A stretch of 64,000 nucleotides of DNA from Mobula hypostoma (Eukaryota): the NCBI RefSeq assembly GCF_963921235.1, contig NC_086108.1:14942001-15006000 (forward strand). The letters run 5' to 3'. The notes under the pieces were generated by a model, which was not told where the DNA came from, made no database searches, and was given only the letters and a program-made list of their open reading frames with translations. Each line of letters begins with the position of its first letter. Positions within the stretch are counted from its first letter, which is position 1. This document shows positions 61,010-64,000 of the stretch, one piece after another. Made by a program: the position numbers and the translations under genes.

Positions 61010-64000
61010 ATAAGACATCGGAGCAGAATTAGGCCATCTGGCTCATCGAGTCTGCTCCACCATTCAATCATGGCTGATCCTTTTTTTCCTCCTCCATAAC
61101 CCCAGTTCTCAGCCTTCTCCCCTTTGATGCCATGTCCAATCTCAAACCTATCAATCTCTGCCTTAAATACACCCAACAACCTGGCCTCCACAGCTGCACA
61201 TGGCAACAAATTCCACAAATTCACCACCCTTTGACTAAGGAAGTTTCTCCGCATCTCTGTTTTGAAAGGGCACCCCTCTAACCTGAGGTTGTGCCCTCAT
61301 GTCCTAGACTCTCCCACCATGAGAAATATCCTTTCCCCATCTACTCTGTCTAGGCCTTTCAACATTCGAAAGGTTTCAAAGAGATACCCCCTCATCCTTC
61401 TGAATTCCAGAGCCATCAAACGTTCCTCATATGATAACCCTTTCATTCCTGAAAGCATCCTTATGAACCTCCTCTCGACCCTCTCCCAGCGCATCTTTTC
61501 TAAGATGAGGAGATCAAAACTGTTCGCAGTACTCAAGGTTACGCCTCACTAGTGCCTTATAAAGCCTCAGCATCACATCTTTGCTCTTGTATTCTAGTGC
61601 TCTGGCAATGAATGCTAACATGGGGCTTGCATTCCTCACCACCGACTCAATGTGCAAATTAACCTTTAGGGCGTTCTGCACAAGGACTCCCAAGTCCCTC
61701 TGCATCTCAGAGTTCCTGGATTTACTCCCCATTTAGAAAATAGTCTGCACATTTATTTCTACCACCAAAGTGCATGACCATGCATTTTTCAACATTGCAT
61801 TTCATTTGCCACTTTCTTGCCCATTCTCCTAATCCGTCTAAGTCCATCTGCATCCTACCTGTTTCCTCAACACTACGTGCCCCTCCACCAATCTTCGTAT
61901 CATCTGCAAACTTGGCAATAAGGCCAGCTATTCCAAAGAAATGGTCCCAACACTGACCCCTGGGGAACACCACTAGACACCGGCAGTCAACCAGAAAAGG
62001 ATCCTTTTATTCCCACTCGCTGCCTCCTACCAATCAGCCAATGATCTAACCATATTGGTAACTTTCCCGTAATACCATGGGCTCTTAACTTGGTAAGCAG
62101 CCTCATGTGTGGCACCCTGTCGAAGGCCTTCTGAAAGTCTAAATACACAACATCCACTGCAGCCAATTTATCTATCCTACTTGTAATCTCCTCTAAGGAT
62201 TCCAACAAGTTCATCAGGCAGGATTTTCCCTGAAGGAAACCACGCTGATTTTGTACTATATTGTCCTGTGTCACCAAGTACTCCATCACCTCATCTTTAA
62301 CAATTGACTCCAACATCTTCCCAACCACTGAGGTCAGGCGAACTGGTCTATAGTTTCCTTTCTGCTGCCTTCCTCCTTTCTTAAAGAGTGGAGTAATATT
62401 TGCAATTTTCCAGTCCTCTGGTACCATGCCAGAGTTCAATGATTTTTTAAAGATCATTTCTAATGCCACCATAATCTCTAACACTACCTCTTCCAAAACC
62501 CTAGGGTGTAGTTCCTCTGGTCCGGGTGACTTATGGACCTTTAGGTTTTCAGTTTTTTGAGTACCTTCTCTCTTATAACAGTAACTGCACCCACTTCTCT
62601 TCCTTCACACACATCAGGCATACAGCTAGTGTCTTCCACAGTGAAGACTGATGCAAAATACTCATTTAGTTCATCAGTCATCTCCTTGTCCCCTGTTATT
62701 ATCTCTCCTGCCTCATTTTCTAATGGTCCTATATCCACTCTCATTTCTCTTTTATTTTTAACAAACTTGAAAAAACTGTTACTATCCACTTTGATTTATT
62801 TGCTAGCTTGCTTTCATATTTCATCTTTTCCCTTATAATGATTTTTTTTAGTTGCTCTCTGTAGGTTTTTAAAAACTTTCCAATCCTCTATCTTCCTACA
62901 AATTTTTGCTTTGCTGTATGCTCTTTCTTTTGCTTTTACAATAGCTTTGATTTCCCTTGTCAGCCACAGTTGTACTATTTTACCAATTGAGTATTTCTTC
63001 ACTTTTGGAATACACATGTCCTGTACCTTCCTCATTTTTCCCTGAAACGCACGCCATTGCTGCTCTGCTGACATCCCTGCCAGCAGCTCCTTCCAATTTT
63101 CTTTGGCCAACTCCTCTCCAATACCGCTGTAATTTCCCCTACTCCACTGAAATACTGCTACATCATACTTTCTCCCTATCAAATTTCAAGTTGAACACAA
63201 TCATATTGTGATCACTGGCTCCTAAGGGCTATTTTACCTTAAGCTCCCTAATCGCCTCAGGTTCATTACATAGCACCCAATCCAGTATAGCTGATCCCCT
63301 AGTAGGCTCAACAACAAACTACTCTAAAAAGCCATCTCTTAGGCATTCAACAAACTCACTCCCTTGAAATCTACTATCAACCTGATTTCCCCAATGTATG
63401 TTAAAATCTCCCATGACTACCATAACATTGCCCTTTTGCCTCACCTTTTCTATTTCCTGTTGTAACCTGTGGTCCACCTCCCAGCCACTGTTGGGAGGCC
63501 TGTATATAACTGCCATCAACACCCTTTTACCCTTGCAGTTTCTTAACTCAACCCCGAAGAATTCAACACCTTCCAATCCTGTCACATCTTTCTACTGATT
63601 TGATACCATTCTTTACCAGCAGAGCCACACCAACCCCCCTGCCTACCTTCCTATCCCTCCAATATAACGTGTAGCCTTCGACATTCAGCTCACAACTACA
63701 ACAGAATTATTTCTATAACACTTTATTTCTTATACTACACGCATTTAGATATAACACTTTGAATACCGTATTTGCTATACTTTCTGACTCTGCATCCCTA
63801 ATGATTTGATACACAGTCTGTTGGCTGTAACTAAGTCCCATCACCTGCCTGCCCTTCCTGACAATCTGACTGAACGCTATCTTTACTTTTTTACCATCCG
63901 TCCTTTCCTGAGTCCCTTCACTCCGGTTCCCACCCTCCTGCTAAGTTAGTTTAAACCCTTCCCAACAGCTCTAACAAACCTGCCTGTGAGAATATTGGTC
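61010..64000 (-). mobile_element. CR1 (HER1-like) LINE ORF2 through 3' end, decayed, continuing past window
   Basis: AVIYRPPNS, VVMGDFN, VPEDWKIANITPLFKKG..GNYRPV, YLDFQKAFDRVPH, KFADDTKIGG, RRNFLSQRVVNLWN; 3' hairpin/tail near 61010-61050. Confidence 0.93.

Overview
This is eukaryotic, repeat-dense, apparently intronic or intergenic DNA. The repeat mix (HER1-like CR1 LINEs, HE1/V-SINEs, Deu-SINE relics, Rex1-like LINEs) points to a cartilaginous fish, probably a ray or shark; that assignment is inference. I found no convincing host protein-coding gene, rRNA, tRNA gene or CRISPR array. Nearly all ORF-track hits are transposon fragments, their antisense frames, or low-complexity sequence. Other contents: a deleted Ty3/Gypsy element joined end-on to a pogo/Tigger transposase relic, a second chromodomain-bearing Gypsy 3' remnant, a probable solo LTR and two minisatellites. 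The most striking system is a young Penelope-like (GIY-YIG, Neptune-type) retroelement family. Its 3' end carries a minimal hammerhead ribozyme (AGTC-CTGANGA-stem II-GAAAC-GTH-GACT). It has inserted repeatedly as fold-back (palindromic) units of 160, 237, 1155 and 1583 bp. Each unit is flanked by a perfect 14-16 bp target-site duplication, and at least two have 5-nt microhomology at the inversion junction. Boundaries of old, decayed repeats are approximate (tens of bp).
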